Shown here one piece after another: positions 29,258-39,714 of a DNA stretch of 64,000 nucleotides. Position 1 is the first letter of the stretch, and every line of letters begins with the position of its first letter. This DNA is from Candidatus Bathyarchaeota archaeon (lineage in GTDB: Archaea > Thermoproteota > Bathyarchaeia > Bathyarchaeales > Bathycorpusculaceae). The notes beneath the pieces were generated by a model. It saw nothing but the letters and a program-made list of their open reading frames with translations. It searched no databases and was not told where the DNA came from. The translations under genes and the position numbers were made by a program. The DNA lies in NCBI GenBank assembly GCA_963741005.1, contig CAVUGQ010000005.1, positions 271,965-335,964 on the forward strand. The letters run 5' to 3'.

Positions 29258-29393
29258 GGTGATGTAATTTGATTAGGCAATTTGTTGTAGACTTCGCTGT
29301 TTTGGAAGATAGCAAAATCATCCTGGATGATGATAAATTCCTTGTTGTTAAGGCAGGGTGATAGCCTCCGAAATTGTGCATAAGTACAAAGAT
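29258..29393 (+). repeat. Upstream and 5' block of the protease gene, repeated at 21916-22030
   Basis: Near-identical nucleotide block. A 2-nt indel puts the N-terminal extension out of frame here. Confidence 0.8.
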
Positions 29394-30413
29394 GGCATGG
29401 CATACAAGCCTGCTGATGAGCTTGAGAAGGCTGCTTGGACTGCTGAGGGCAGATGGGTAAAAGCATTAAGTCACCCTGTAAGTGACCAAATCAGAAGTGT
29501 AAACGACATAAATGGGCGCATGGAAAACCCCCGCTTCAGAAAAGATCTCAATGATCCCAAAACTAATAGGCCTTGTAGACGGGGCATAGAGGTAGATATA
29601 CGTTTTTTTAAGGACCGCACCGGCAAAGACGTACTTGATAAAATCAAGAGTGGGCAGTTGAAAGATAATAGTATAGGGTTTAGCTGCGATAAGGATGTGA
29701 CGCCTGGCGAATTTCAGGGGCAAAAATACGATTACGTGCAGCGCAACATTTGCATTGACCATTTGGCTGCGCCTATTGAGCAGGGACGTTGCCCTTCGCC
29801 TTACTGTGGCATAAACGTGGATTCTGATGAAGAGGATAAGCCGATCGTTGAAGTTCAAGATGCAAACTTGGGTATAAATTACCGTTTTGATTCAGCCAAA
29901 TTCACTTCCGAAAAAGCTGCGGAGTGGGTGCAGAAGCGAACATACAAAGACTGTCCCGTATGCACGCGCATCGAAGAAGTTGGTTTGTTAACTGCAGCTC
30001 AACGACTCTACAAGCAGTATGGCGCTGATGTTTTGGAAGTTGTTGAAGGTCACGCTTTGCCGCCTGTTGTACCTCAGAAGGTACTTGTTAATTTTAGAGA
30101 TGTTTCTGACGCTATGACTCCGGTGCAGATAGACGCGAAAATTCAGGAACTACATAGCCAATATGATGCTTTGCGTGTGAAGGAAAAAGCGTTCTATGAA
30201 ACTCAGAAACTTGAGCCTTCTCCACAGCTGCAGAAGTTGTATCAGCAAATGGGCGACATCGACAACGAAATTAAAGCGTTCACTGAACTTAAAGCTAAGA
30301 AAATAGTTGAAGCCAACACTGATTCAGCCGTAGCCGATGGCAAAGACGATGTTATCTTGAAGAATCGGCAGGCTCTCAAAGACCTCTATAGCTTAACAGA
30401 GATTTTTACTTAA
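29358..30413 (+). CDS. Putative head-maturation protease fused to a coiled-coil scaffold-like C-terminus
   Basis: Positioned between portal/MuF and capsid. C-terminal 100 aa are coiled-coil-like (KIQELHSQYDALRVKEKAFYETQKLE...). The family assignment is by position only. Confidence 0.4.
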   Translation: MIASEIVHKYKDGMAYKPADELEKAAWTAEGRWVKALSHPVSDQIRSVNDINGRMENPRFRKDLNDPKTNRPCRRGIEVDIRFFKDRTGKDVLDKIKSGQLKDNSIGFSCDKDVTPGEFQGQKYDYVQRNICIDHLAAPIEQGRCPSPYCGINVDSDEEDKPIVEVQDANLGINYRFDSAKFTSEKAAEWVQKRTYKDCPVCTRIEEVGLLTAAQRLYKQYGADVLEVVEGHALPPVVPQKVLVNFRDVSDAMTPVQIDAKIQELHSQYDALRVKEKAFYETQKLEPSPQLQKLYQQMGDIDNEIKAFTELKAKKIVEANTDSAVADGKDDVILKNRQALKDLYSLTEIFT

Positions 30414-30577
30414 GTTTTTTTCTGAAATTTCTATTCACGCCGTGTGATTCTCTTCCTTCAGTGCAGAGACTAAACAGCGCTGTTCACGCAGCCAAAGCGT
30501 GACGAAATGCCTCAAAGGGGCACTCCAAAAAGGAGCAAGAGAGGAAAAAAGAAGTAAATATGTAGGAGAAAAAAACT

Positions 30578-30997
30578 ATGTCTACACCAGAAAAGAAAAC
30601 TGTTTTACTAGACGAAGACGAATACAAAGGGTTGCTTGCTAAAAACATAGCTCAAGCCACCGAAATTAGTCAAGTTAAAGCGCAACTAAAAGATTCAACT
30701 GATGCCTTAGTTCTAATCAAAACAAAGATTGATTCTGCAGAAAAAGAAGAGAAAGAAGCTGTAATCACTGATTTAGTACGTGATAGCCAGGGCAAATTAA
30801 CCGTTGAAACCCTCAAAGACCATAGCCTTAACGAACTGTATTTTCTTAAAGATACTTTGTATAAGGCTGAGCCGAAAACTTTTGTATCCGTTATGAAGCA
30901 ACGTGAAGCAGACCAAATTAAACCTAAACCCCAGGAGACAAGCGTTGGAATCTATGATTCTGTCGCTCACAAATTTGTAGGAGGTCAAGAGCAGTAG
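30578..30997 (+). CDS. Scaffold-like coiled-coil protein
   Basis: 139 aa. Charged, K/E-rich. Confidence 0.35.
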   Translation: MSTPEKKTVLLDEDEYKGLLAKNIAQATEISQVKAQLKDSTDALVLIKTKIDSAEKEEKEAVITDLVRDSQGKLTVETLKDHSLNELYFLKDTLYKAEPKTFVSVMKQREADQIKPKPQETSVGIYDSVAHKFVGGQEQ

Positions 30998-31566
30998 TGA
31001 CTACTCCAGTAGTTTATGGCAGTGCAAGCGCTGATCCAGGTGTTGGTCCACAACCAAACGGCTCGATCGTTGTTGATGGTCAACCTGACGTTCAATACCT
31101 CAACTTAGAAACTGCCGCTGACTGTTATCCAGGTAGACTTGTCACAAAGGGTACCCATGACAATGATGTTGCAGTTTGTGGAGCTGGCGGAGTTCCAGTT
31201 GGCGTCTTAGGTTATGAGCAGGCGTCAAAGAAGGATCGTCCAGCAACCAGAGCAACCATCTATGTTGTAGATGCTCAAGTGCCAGTTCTCAAAAGAGGCA
31301 AAGGCGCAACCGTTATGCTGTACCTTTCAGCTGATGCAGCGACTATTGTGAAGGGCGATAAACTTGTTTGTGCAGCCGCAGGATGCGTCACTAAAGCGTC
31401 AGCCGCGAAATTTGAAACTTCAACCGCAGCAGCAGTCCTTGGCGACTCAGCTTCACCAACCATCGTAGGCAGCATACCCACAGAAGGATTGCCAGTAGCA
31501 ACTGCAGAGGAATCAGCAACCGTCGTAGACGTTGGCGGATGGATCATGGCGACATTGGAGAGATAA
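30997..31566 (+). CDS. Ala/Gly/Val-rich head protein (possible decoration or cement)
   Basis: 189 aa. Directly upstream of the capsid gene; start overlaps the preceding stop. Confidence 0.3.
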   Translation: MTTPVVYGSASADPGVGPQPNGSIVVDGQPDVQYLNLETAADCYPGRLVTKGTHDNDVAVCGAGGVPVGVLGYEQASKKDRPATRATIYVVDAQVPVLKRGKGATVMLYLSADAATIVKGDKLVCAAAGCVTKASAAKFETSTAAAVLGDSASPTIVGSIPTEGLPVATAEESATVVDVGGWIMATLER

Positions 31567-32432
31567 AAATGAAACCCCTACAATTTGTTGGAAAAGACGA
31601 ACCATTAAACACGATGCAAGGCTTAACCCTTAGACCTTCAGCCATAGCAATTGCACGCAGAACCTTTGTTGGACGTAAACTCTTTGGTCGAGCAGTCACC
31701 TTTGTGCCTCCGGAAACACAGACTTACCAATACAGTAAATTAGCTGAAATGAGCCATGCACGAACCGATCCTAAGTACCCGGGCAAAGAGAACCTTGACA
31801 TACTCAGCGAAGAGGTAACTCCAGTAAACATACCAATTCACCACAAAGAATTCGTCATACCCAAAGCTGATCTTGACGCTTCACGCATGACAGGCATCCC
31901 ATTGAACACAAAATATAGTGATGCGGCAACCTACCAAGTGGGTCTGCAAGAAGACGACATAATCATCAACGGCAACGCAGTTATTCCAGGTCTCTATAAT
32001 GGCGCCGGAAACAGGGAAGCCTCAAACCTTCATTGGAGTACTGCAACAAACATTCCACTGAGCATCAAAGCTGCAAAGATTCTGTTGGCAGCTGATCACA
32101 TGTACAAGCCCTATAATTTGCTGATTAATCCTCAGGAAGACGAATCTTTAGATGCGTTTGTTGCGAATACTGCGATTCGTTGGCGCGAGAAAGTGTTGGA
32201 TAGCATTGGCGGCGAAATCTTTGTTTCTGAAGCAATCGCAGTTGGCACAGGCTTGATGATGAAGTCTGAACCGATTAATATGGCTGAACTAGTTATTGCA
32301 CGTGACTTAACCATTGAAACTGAGGAAGAGACTCTGCGGGATGGCGGCGGCTTGTTTGGTCGATGCTTCATTCGAGATTTGCCAGTGATTATACAGTCTA
32401 ACGTGATCTGCCAAATGACAGATATCGAATAA
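31539..32432 (+). CDS. Putative major capsid protein (HK97-fold size class)
   Basis: 297 aa. Follows protease/scaffold. Followed by an oligo-T terminator. Confidence 0.45.
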   Translation: MDHGDIGEIKMKPLQFVGKDEPLNTMQGLTLRPSAIAIARRTFVGRKLFGRAVTFVPPETQTYQYSKLAEMSHARTDPKYPGKENLDILSEEVTPVNIPIHHKEFVIPKADLDASRMTGIPLNTKYSDAATYQVGLQEDDIIINGNAVIPGLYNGAGNREASNLHWSTATNIPLSIKAAKILLAADHMYKPYNLLINPQEDESLDAFVANTAIRWREKVLDSIGGEIFVSEAIAVGTGLMMKSEPINMAELVIARDLTIETEEETLRDGGGLFGRCFIRDLPVIIQSNVICQMTDIE

Positions 32433-32443
32433 AAAAAATATAA

Positions 32444-32468
32444 TTTTTCCTTTTTCTTTTTTTGTTCT
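32444..32468 (+). terminator. Oligo-T archaeal-type terminator after the capsid gene
   Basis: ttttcctttttctttttttgttctc. Confidence 0.45.
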
Positions 32469-32501
32469 CTATAATCAAATCAATTTAATGGTTGATTAAC
32501 T

Positions 32502-33242
32502 ATGTCACAAATTTCTAATACATCAAAAAAACCTGTTGCTAAAAAAACAGTTGTAACGGCGGAACCTACAGTTGAAGGCCCTAAAATCAGGATTTTGGTT
32601 GCTGTTCCAGCTTGCCACGTTGATCACGTAAAATATCGGGAGCAAGTTGTGGATGCAATTCAAGCTAATTTATCATTGAACCCAAATGTTGAGGCTACTT
32701 TGTGTGTCTGTGAGGAAGCAGATAACAGTGTGGCAGAAACAAACACCTGGAATGTTGTGGTTCAGAAGTTTCAAGAGTTGTCGGATCGTGTGGTTGCAGA
32801 GGGCTTCGATTACCTCTGGCTAGTGGAAGCCGACGTAGTTGTTCCAACAAACGCGCTTTCTCATTTGCTTAGCGATAATGTGGATGTTGCCTGCGGAGTT
32901 ATTCCCTATCACTTTTTTGCTCAGTACCCGCAGTTTCCAGTTTACAAAGACCTTATGACGACAGGCTACATCATGCTGGATAAGCAGGGGCAGCCAACCT
33001 TTGATATCGTGAACCTCTATTTACGCGAGATCCAAGACAAACTGTTGTTTGGCAGCAAAGAGCACCCGATCTTCAATGGTACAAGCTGCATTCTCATAAA
33101 GAAAGCAGTGCTTGAAAAAGTCCGGTGGCACTGGGATAACAAGGTTTCTGGGTTCGATGTGTACTTCTGGAAAGATTGCCAACTGCAAGGCTTCACTGTT
33201 GTTACTGACGGGTTTGTGGTTTGCGATCACTTAGGAATTTAG
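32502..33242 (+). CDS. Hypothetical protein, weak GT-A glycosyltransferase-like features. Moron-like, with its own AT-rich promoter.
   Basis: KIRILVAVPACH... and LWLVEADVVVPT. Assignment is weak. Confidence 0.25.
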   Translation: MSQISNTSKKPVAKKTVVTAEPTVEGPKIRILVAVPACHVDHVKYREQVVDAIQANLSLNPNVEATLCVCEEADNSVAETNTWNVVVQKFQELSDRVVAEGFDYLWLVEADVVVPTNALSHLLSDNVDVACGVIPYHFFAQYPQFPVYKDLMTTGYIMLDKQGQPTFDIVNLYLREIQDKLLFGSKEHPIFNGTSCILIKKAVLEKVRWHWDNKVSGFDVYFWKDCQLQGFTVVTDGFVVCDHLGI

Positions 33243-33285
33243 GTTCCTGAGGCTTTCAAATCACTAGTTTAGGAGTTTAAAAAAA

Positions 33286-33618
33286 TTGACGTATGGTGTA
33301 GCAGCTACTGTGAAAGATATTTTGGTAATTGCGTCAGCTGTGACAACTTTTGATGCTGAAATTTCTGCGTGCATAACAAGCAGTGATTCTTTAGTTGAAG
33401 GAATGCTGGCTCGGCAGGGCTTAACAGTTCCTTTATCGACTCCTCAAAATATCATAGATGCTTCGAATTATTTTGCTGCCTGGATTTTTCGCAAAAGGCG
33501 CGATGTTCCCTCATCATGGATATTCTTTGTGGATGCAGAGAAATTTTTGAATGCTTATTGTGATAGCCAACAAGCAGCTGCAGATTTGCCAATTGCAATA
33601 GGGCAAGATACAAGTTGA
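33286..33618 (+). CDS. Head-tail connector/adaptor-like small protein
   Basis: 110 aa, gp6-like size and position. Confidence 0.35.
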   Translation: MTYGVAATVKDILVIASAVTTFDAEISACITSSDSLVEGMLARQGLTVPLSTPQNIIDASNYFAAWIFRKRRDVPSSWIFFVDAEKFLNAYCDSQQAAADLPIAIGQDTS

Positions 33619-34055
33619 CTGGGCGGATTGATTGTATGATTGAGTTTTCGGTTTCTACGTCTGGCTTGGAGTTTGTTGAGGTTGCCCAAAAAATTAGTGG
33701 GACGCTTCGGCAAAAGTTGATTGATCGGTTGACGGATGTTGTGTTTGCTGCGGCTTTTTGGGGTGCTCCTGTTAAGTCGGGGTATTTGGCGAGTACTGTT
33801 TACAAGGATGAAGGTAAGGTAGGGGCGGCTGCTTCTTATGCGGCTGCTGTGGAGTATGGGACTGCTCCTCATGAGATTAGGCCTATAAACGGATCTGTTT
33901 TGGCGTTTGAGGTTGCAGGCAAAATGATCTTTACGCCTTTGGTGCATCATCCTGGTACTCGTGCTAATCCGTTTATGCAGAGGGCTTTGGATGAGGCGTT
34001 GGGTAAGGTTGATTTGGTTTTTGCTGATTTGTGGCTTGAGTTGGTGGGCGACTAA
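33615..34055 (+). CDS. Head-closure or tail-completion-like protein
   Basis: 146 aa. Coupled to neighbours. Confidence 0.3.
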   Translation: MTGRIDCMIEFSVSTSGLEFVEVAQKISGTLRQKLIDRLTDVVFAAAFWGAPVKSGYLASTVYKDEGKVGAAASYAAAVEYGTAPHEIRPINGSVLAFEVAGKMIFTPLVHHPGTRANPFMQRALDEALGKVDLVFADLWLELVGD

Positions 34056-34559
34056 ATGACATTCTATAGCAGTTATAAGGCAGTTTTTGACGCAATTAAG
34101 GCTGTTTTAGTTTATGTTCCTGCGGCGCCGTATTCTCCTGCAATACCCGCGCATGATGATGTTCCTGAAGTGCCCGAAGTGCCTGCGGTGCCAGCGCATG
34201 GCGTATCATCAATTAAAACTGTGATTGTTGGGGAACAGTTTTCGTATGGTTTGTTGCCTAAAGCGATTATTAATGCGGAGCCTGCGCCGATTGCCCCTGC
34301 AGAAATGGGTGGAATGCTGGATGTCTCGGTTTTTTTTAGTGTAGTTCTTGTAGTCCAGGAGTATGAGCCTAAAGATTGGTTTGCAGACGTCATTGCGCCG
34401 ATGGGGGATGTGGTTGACGCTGTTTTGGCTGATCGTACTTTAGGCCGTGTTGTGCGTGATGTTGTTCCGGTGGGGTTTGCTCCTGGCGAAATCAAATTCG
34501 CCGATAATAAGGTGCTTTTTGGCGGAATTGTCCGGTTTAAAGCGGTGCTTTGGTTTTGA
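34056..34559 (+). CDS. Neck/tail-completion-like protein with Pro-rich repeat (VPEVPEVPAVPAHG)
   Basis: 167 aa. Confidence 0.3.
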   Translation: MTFYSSYKAVFDAIKAVLVYVPAAPYSPAIPAHDDVPEVPEVPAVPAHGVSSIKTVIVGEQFSYGLLPKAIINAEPAPIAPAEMGGMLDVSVFFSVVLVVQEYEPKDWFADVIAPMGDVVDAVLADRTLGRVVRDVVPVGFAPGEIKFADNKVLFGGIVRFKAVLWF

Positions 34560-35041
34560 ATCGTGAGTTCAAGATGTGGTTTCTTAAGTTGCTTGTGAAT
34601 TTGCCGATGCGTTTTTTTGATCTGTTCCTCAAGTTTCCCGCTAAAACAGAATTTCCCCAGTCGAAAATGCTTCTAGATGTTTATGGGAAGATGATGAAGA
34701 CGTATCAGCTGGATTGTATCCAGGGCGTTTTCGGCGCTGTGCCTGATGGGAATTTTGAGCGGTTGCTTCGTGTATCTGCGAAGGTGTTGACGAGTCTTAG
34801 TGAGTCTGATAGGTATTATCGGGCTTGGTTGGGTTTGGCGTTTGTGTTGGCTCATGAAGAATATTTAGCAGAGTTGGCAAAGTCTGATCCTGCTAAATTG
34901 GTTTTTGAGATTCGTCGGCAGTGGCTAAGTGACCTTTCTTTTCTAAAGGAGAGTCAGATTGAGTCTGATTTGGAAGGATTTTACGAGTACGCTATCTGCA
35001 ATTATCTTGGTAACCTTGCCCATAAATACTCATTGAATTAG
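34550..35041 (+). CDS. Hypothetical virion-associated protein
   Basis: 163 aa. Confidence 0.3.
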   Translation: MVLNREFKMWFLKLLVNLPMRFFDLFLKFPAKTEFPQSKMLLDVYGKMMKTYQLDCIQGVFGAVPDGNFERLLRVSAKVLTSLSESDRYYRAWLGLAFVLAHEEYLAELAKSDPAKLVFEIRRQWLSDLSFLKESQIESDLEGFYEYAICNYLGNLAHKYSLN

Positions 35042-35099
35042 AAATGAGGCGAACCGTTAAAACATGCGCTCATAAGGTCGCTATTTAGTTCAGGACAAT

Positions 35100-35810
35100 T
35101 CAAGAAACTACCATTCCCGATTCAAGACCAAGCAGAACCAGTTCAAAGTTTTTGTCAAGAACCACGATTTGGTCAACCTTCACAAAAAAAGCAGCTACTG
35201 GAGCATAGATTTCAGAGTAACCCAGTTTCATCTCGACAACATAACAGTCTGAGAAGTTGAAGTCATAGTCCCACTTTGTCATCTGGTATCCAGATTGGTT
35301 TTTGTAAAAGAATTGCATATTGCCTGAATTAAACGCAGTCGAGCCATTAGGGGTAGACATCACAACTGTGATATTATGCCAGGACACACCTTCAGGTGCT
35401 GGGCTATTGTAGATTCGGAATTGGGAATATTTCGTCACATTTGCTCCATAGGTTAGCTCTATCTGTTTGGGGAATTCTTTTATCCGCTGATTGTCATACC
35501 TTGTTTCATAGTAGTTTATGACTTCTGTGTCGATATAGTTGGAAGACGTATACTCAAGGTACGTGCCTGGATTAAGATAGGCATCGGGATCACTTGATCC
35601 AACAAAACGTTCTAATGAAACAATAGCCGAGTAGTTAATTGATTCAGCTCTTGTGAGTGCGTTTTCTTCTTCTTGGCTATCAAAGTTTCGAGTGATTGTT
35701 TTCTCGTATTTGTGAGGAATTTGTGGATACCACAGGTTCCATATCATTAAAGAAGAGCCAACTAAAGCCACAATGCATACCAGAAGTATGAGGATTGTTT
35801 TTTTACGCAC
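35100..35810 (-). CDS. N-terminally anchored secreted protein (moron, opposite strand)
   Basis: MRKKTILILLVCIVALVGSSLMIW. 236 aa. Confidence 0.5.
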   Translation of the reverse strand: MRKKTILILLVCIVALVGSSLMIWNLWYPQIPHKYEKTITRNFDSQEEENALTRAESINYSAIVSLERFVGSSDPDAYLNPGTYLEYTSSNYIDTEVINYYETRYDNQRIKEFPKQIELTYGANVTKYSQFRIYNSPAPEGVSWHNITVVMSTPNGSTAFNSGNMQFFYKNQSGYQMTKWDYDFNFSDCYVVEMKLGYSEIYAPVAAFFVKVDQIVVLDKNFELVLLGLESGMVVS

Positions 35811-36092
35811 TTCGCTTGAGCCTCACCCCTTCTATAATACACTTTTACTCTTAAAACTTGACTTAGAGCTAATCCAGAAGCAGGTTCCCAAAGCCAAAAA
35901 AAGTGACCCTGACTGCATTGCCTTAAGGCAGTATCTTGGTAACCTTGCCCGCAAAACAGTTGTTGAACGAGTGTTTGATGGATAGATTAGTTTCTGATAA
36001 AGGGTAAATTCATGAAGTCCCAGAAACTTGATTTATGCTTAGTCGAGAAGTGTTGACCAAAAAACCCTTTTAGGCGAAATAACCTATCATGA

Positions 36093-36563
36093 TTGGTGTT
36101 TATGAAGAGAACAGCGTTAGCATTAACGCTTATTGTGTTAATCCTAATCACAGCAGTAGTAGCTGGGATTCTATTGGTTGATTTAGCAGGGGATAAAGAA
36201 GCAGAAATCAAATTGTACACTTATCCTGTTTCAGTTGGAGAGAAGACCTACATTATAACTGTTAGCACTAATTGGACTTCATCACCAAAGGTTGAGTTAT
36301 CACTTGAAACTGACCCATTGAAGTATGTTTCAGTTGTCTTTTCAGATTGGAGTGAAGAAACTGTCTTCTTTAATGTAACTATTCCAACTGACTTGCTTTG
36401 GGGAAATATCTCTCTGGTATGGAAATACTATGAGCAAAGTCCTGACCGATATACTCTATCTAATAATGGAACACATAATTCTGTAGCGATGAATTGCATA
36501 ATCAAACCTTACTTTTCGGGGATGGGTTATTTTATGATACGTGGAACAGAAGGAGCTTGGTGA
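36093..36563 (+). CDS. N-terminally anchored secreted protein
   Basis: TALALTLIVLILITAVVAGILLV. Confidence 0.45.
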   Translation: MVFMKRTALALTLIVLILITAVVAGILLVDLAGDKEAEIKLYTYPVSVGEKTYIITVSTNWTSSPKVELSLETDPLKYVSVVFSDWSEETVFFNVTIPTDLLWGNISLVWKYYEQSPDRYTLSNNGTHNSVAMNCIIKPYFSGMGYFMIRGTEGAW

Positions 36564-36646
36564 GTGATGGTTGTTTTCTTAGCGCTTGAGATTAAGGCAG
36601 GGTTAGTGAAGAAATCTTTATTGGAGACGATTCCTAATAGTAAAGT

Positions 36647-37715
36647 ATGAGAAAAAGCCTCGCTTCACTGCTGATTCTTCTGTTCTTAACCTCTTTGGTT
36701 GCTTTGCCATCTGCTACAGTGAAGGCTGAATCTAAAACAATAGTCGTACCAGACGATTCTCCCACTATTCAGGAAGCCATCAACGCTGCCGACGCTGGAG
36801 ACACAATATTCGTTAAGAGAGGCACTTATGTGGAAAATCCAGTGGTTAACAAATCGGTCTCATTGATTGGAGAGGACAGGGATTCAACCGTTATTGATGT
36901 GACGGCAGGGTTAAAGGTGCAAAGCAACAACGTGACCATAGCAGGCTTAACTATTTTATGACGGGTATGACGGGATATCATTAGCTACAAACTACTGCAA
37001 TATTTCAGGAAACAAGATTACAAATACAACTCATGGGATAGTAGTATTCGGTTACGAGAATTATATATCAGGAAACATTTTTGAATCAATCGGGCTTTCA
37101 TCAGCAATCCAACTGAACTTTGCAAACAGGAATTTGATAAATAATAACTATATTGACTCATGTGTTGAGGGAATTCAGATTTGGCAAAACAGCAATAACA
37201 ACACAGTTGCAGAAAACACTATCACTAACATTAAAGCTACAGCCATTGGTTTTCAGTACTCAAACTATAATAAAATAACTGGAAATAATATTTCCTATTC
37301 AGACCTTGGAACAGCAATCTATGGCTCTAGCTGGAACACCATATCTAACAACAACTACTTTTATAATAAAGTCCAGTTTGGAGCTAATGAATGGTACTAC
37401 CTAACTTGGGGAGGTAATCGTTCTATAAACACCATTAATGAAAACTATTGGAGCGACTACAACGGAACGGATGCCAATAGAGATGGCATCGGTGATACAC
37501 CCTACATCATAGACGCATACAACCAAGATAATAATCCAATTATGTTGCCGATTTTGGTTACATTGCCCAATTCTGGGCCAACTTCATCTCCAACTTCTTC
37601 ACCTTCAATCCCAGAGTTCCCATCATGGATAATTCTATCGATGCTTAGCATAATAGTGGCAATTGTTGGCTTGTTGGTTTACTTCAAGAAACGCAAATCC
37701 TATTATGGCAAATAG
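36647..37715 (+). pseudogene. Right-handed beta-helix (NosD/pectate-lyase-like repeats) surface protein with PEF-CTERM tail, disrupted by a +1 frameshift at about 36950-36962 within a tandem TATGACGGG TATGACGGG
   Basis: ORF 36647..36961 (signal plus first beta-helix turns) and an open frame 36951..37715 (NNTVAENTITNIKATAIGF... IPEFPSWIILSMLSIIVAIVGLLVYFKKRK). Confidence 0.6.
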
Positions 37716-38836
37716 ATAGTTCCATTCCAAAAGAAGTATTGCTTGTAGGTATTATCCAATTTTAATCCATCATCATAAATAATATCCAGCTTGGAACCGT
37801 ATTCCTCAAGCAAAGCCCCTAAATTCTCGCTGATCTCTAAAGATAATTCATCGTTCTCCCACACCCCCCAAATCTTATCCTCGGGACCCCTAAAGCCATA
37901 ACCATAATCCTTAGGAAGAACAAAAGCAACCCTGCCAGCCAACAAATCAGCGGATCTAGGATGATCCTTAGTGTATTGCCAAAACCTCTCCAAAGCATCC
38001 AAATGCTCTTGTGAAAGAGTACTCTGGGTGTAGGTCTCATCGCTATCAAACACTAAGGCATATTTTGCTCCATTCTCGTAAGCTAAAACAAGATCGTTAA
38101 ATAACTCTTGATCCGACCCCAGATATGGAGGCTTAGTATAAGTCCAAGTAACTATGACTCCCCAATCCTTATTATGAACAGTGGCGGCGCCTCTGCAAAG
38201 AGCAATGTTTAGCTGTCTGCTATAGTTCCAGCCCAGTTGAGCCAGCACAACGTCGTATCCGCCATTATAATCAAACCAGTAAAGTGCATAGTCAGAGGTA
38301 AACAGTCTAAAAGATGAAGGAACAATAAATGAGTATGAATTGTTTAGGTAAAATTCAGCATTTAGTCTATGGCGAATATTGTTGATGAATTGGGATGCAG
38401 CATCCGAATAGTTATCGGCGCTAAAGACGCTTCGATAATCATCTAAATCTAGTTGGCGGCCTCCATGCTCATCATCATAATAGACACCAGCAAAGCCATC
38501 GTTGTAGGAAGCTACAGACTCATTAATTGACACTAGTCTATTTGCACCTGCAGCAAAAACAACGTACGATAAATCCTTGCCTTTTAAGTAGAGAATTGTT
38601 TGGTTGAGTTTGTATTGGTCGTATGTTATTCCTGTGCTTCCAATAATTACTATGTTTGTATAATCTGCTATTTGATCAACTAAGTTTGTGATTTTGTCAA
38701 GATCGTCATAAGCTACATCTACTCCAACATAGAATTCCTCAAACTCGTTCTCATATTTGATATTGAAAAAACTGACGACTAAAAGTGATGAAAGTAGAAT
38801 GCAAGCTATGATGGCAAATGTATGCTTGGAATTCAT
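37703..38836 (-). CDS. N-terminally anchored secreted protein, possibly a TIM-barrel glycosidase-like enzyme
   Basis: 377 aa. Signal/TM FAIIACILLSSLLVVSFF. Catalytic assignment is weak. Confidence 0.3.
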   Translation of the reverse strand: MNSKHTFAIIACILLSSLLVVSFFNIKYENEFEEFYVGVDVAYDDLDKITNLVDQIADYTNIVIIGSTGITYDQYKLNQTILYLKGKDLSYVVFAAGANRLVSINESVASYNDGFAGVYYDDEHGGRQLDLDDYRSVFSADNYSDAASQFINNIRHRLNAEFYLNNSYSFIVPSSFRLFTSDYALYWFDYNGGYDVVLAQLGWNYSRQLNIALCRGAATVHNKDWGVIVTWTYTKPPYLGSDQELFNDLVLAYENGAKYALVFDSDETYTQSTLSQEHLDALERFWQYTKDHPRSADLLAGRVAFVLPKDYGYGFRGPEDKIWGVWENDELSLEISENLGALLEEYGSKLDIIYDDGLKLDNTYKQYFFWNGTIYLP

Positions 38837-39307
38837 GTTGTCTAAGAATGATCTTAAAGTTAAAATAAGGCTTTGGGAAAGACTCTAAAATTAACGAAGA
38901 TCCAAAGCAGTTTAGTCAAGAAAGTTTGAATGAAGTCAAGAAAGCGTTGTTTGGTATTATTTCTTATTTAGGCGTAGTGGCTTGTTTGCTTCTTTCTTGG
39001 CTATTTTTAGCGCTTCAGATGGGTCAAATTTCTTGGAGTTTATGCAGAATTTGGCTTTGCATTCTTGGAAGTGGATTTCTCCATCCGAAGATTCTAACTT
39101 AACCAGTTTTGTTGTTTTGCTCAAGAATCAAACCTCCAATTATAACAATGTTATATAATCGATTTAAGGATATCGATCAAACTTCAATAAAACTTGAAAT
39201 TGAGCCTTTTTTGAGTCGTTTTGCGAAGTATTCCTTTTGCAACTATCTCAGTAATCTTGCCTGTAAGCAAGTTACAATATAAAACGAAAAAATGGAGGTA
39301 AAAAAAA

Positions 39308-39700
39308 ATGAGTGCAAGTCCCGTATTGGGTAGAAATGCTCGCTTGCTGAAAAGTGGCGTAGCGATTGGTTATGGCAAAAACATTATTGTTGGAGCAACT
39401 GCCGAAGTCATAAAAGTGTATAGCATGGATTCTTTGACGCCTGCTGTTACTGGCTCTGGGAAACAATCTTTCACGTGGAGTATGGATCGGTTGTTTACTG
39501 ATGAAACATACCTTGCTTTGCTTATGGCTGGAACACAGTTTGATTTGATTTTTGCGCCAGAAGGCACACCACTGGATAGTTCAGCGTATGAAACTTGGAA
39601 AAACTGTACCATACTGAAGTGTGAGCGCAGCGCAAGTGAAGACGGTGGTTTGCTCGAAAAGATCAGCGGCGAAGCGGACGACGTAGAGTTCCCAGCGTAG
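39308..39700 (+). CDS. Major tail protein (putative)
   Basis: 130 aa. First gene of the tail module, before chaperone and TMP. Confidence 0.4.
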   Translation: MSASPVLGRNARLLKSGVAIGYGKNIIVGATAEVIKVYSMDSLTPAVTGSGKQSFTWSMDRLFTDETYLALLMAGTQFDLIFAPEGTPLDSSAYETWKNCTILKCERSASEDGGLLEKISGEADDVEFPA

Positions 39701-39714
39701 AAGGTTAATGTTGA

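Noticed and set aside
31275-31547. 90-aa minus-strand ORF
   Set aside because: Antisense to the Ala-rich head gene.
34112-34495. 127-aa minus-strand ORF
   Set aside because: Antisense of the Pro/Ala-rich neck gene. GC-rich repeat artefact.
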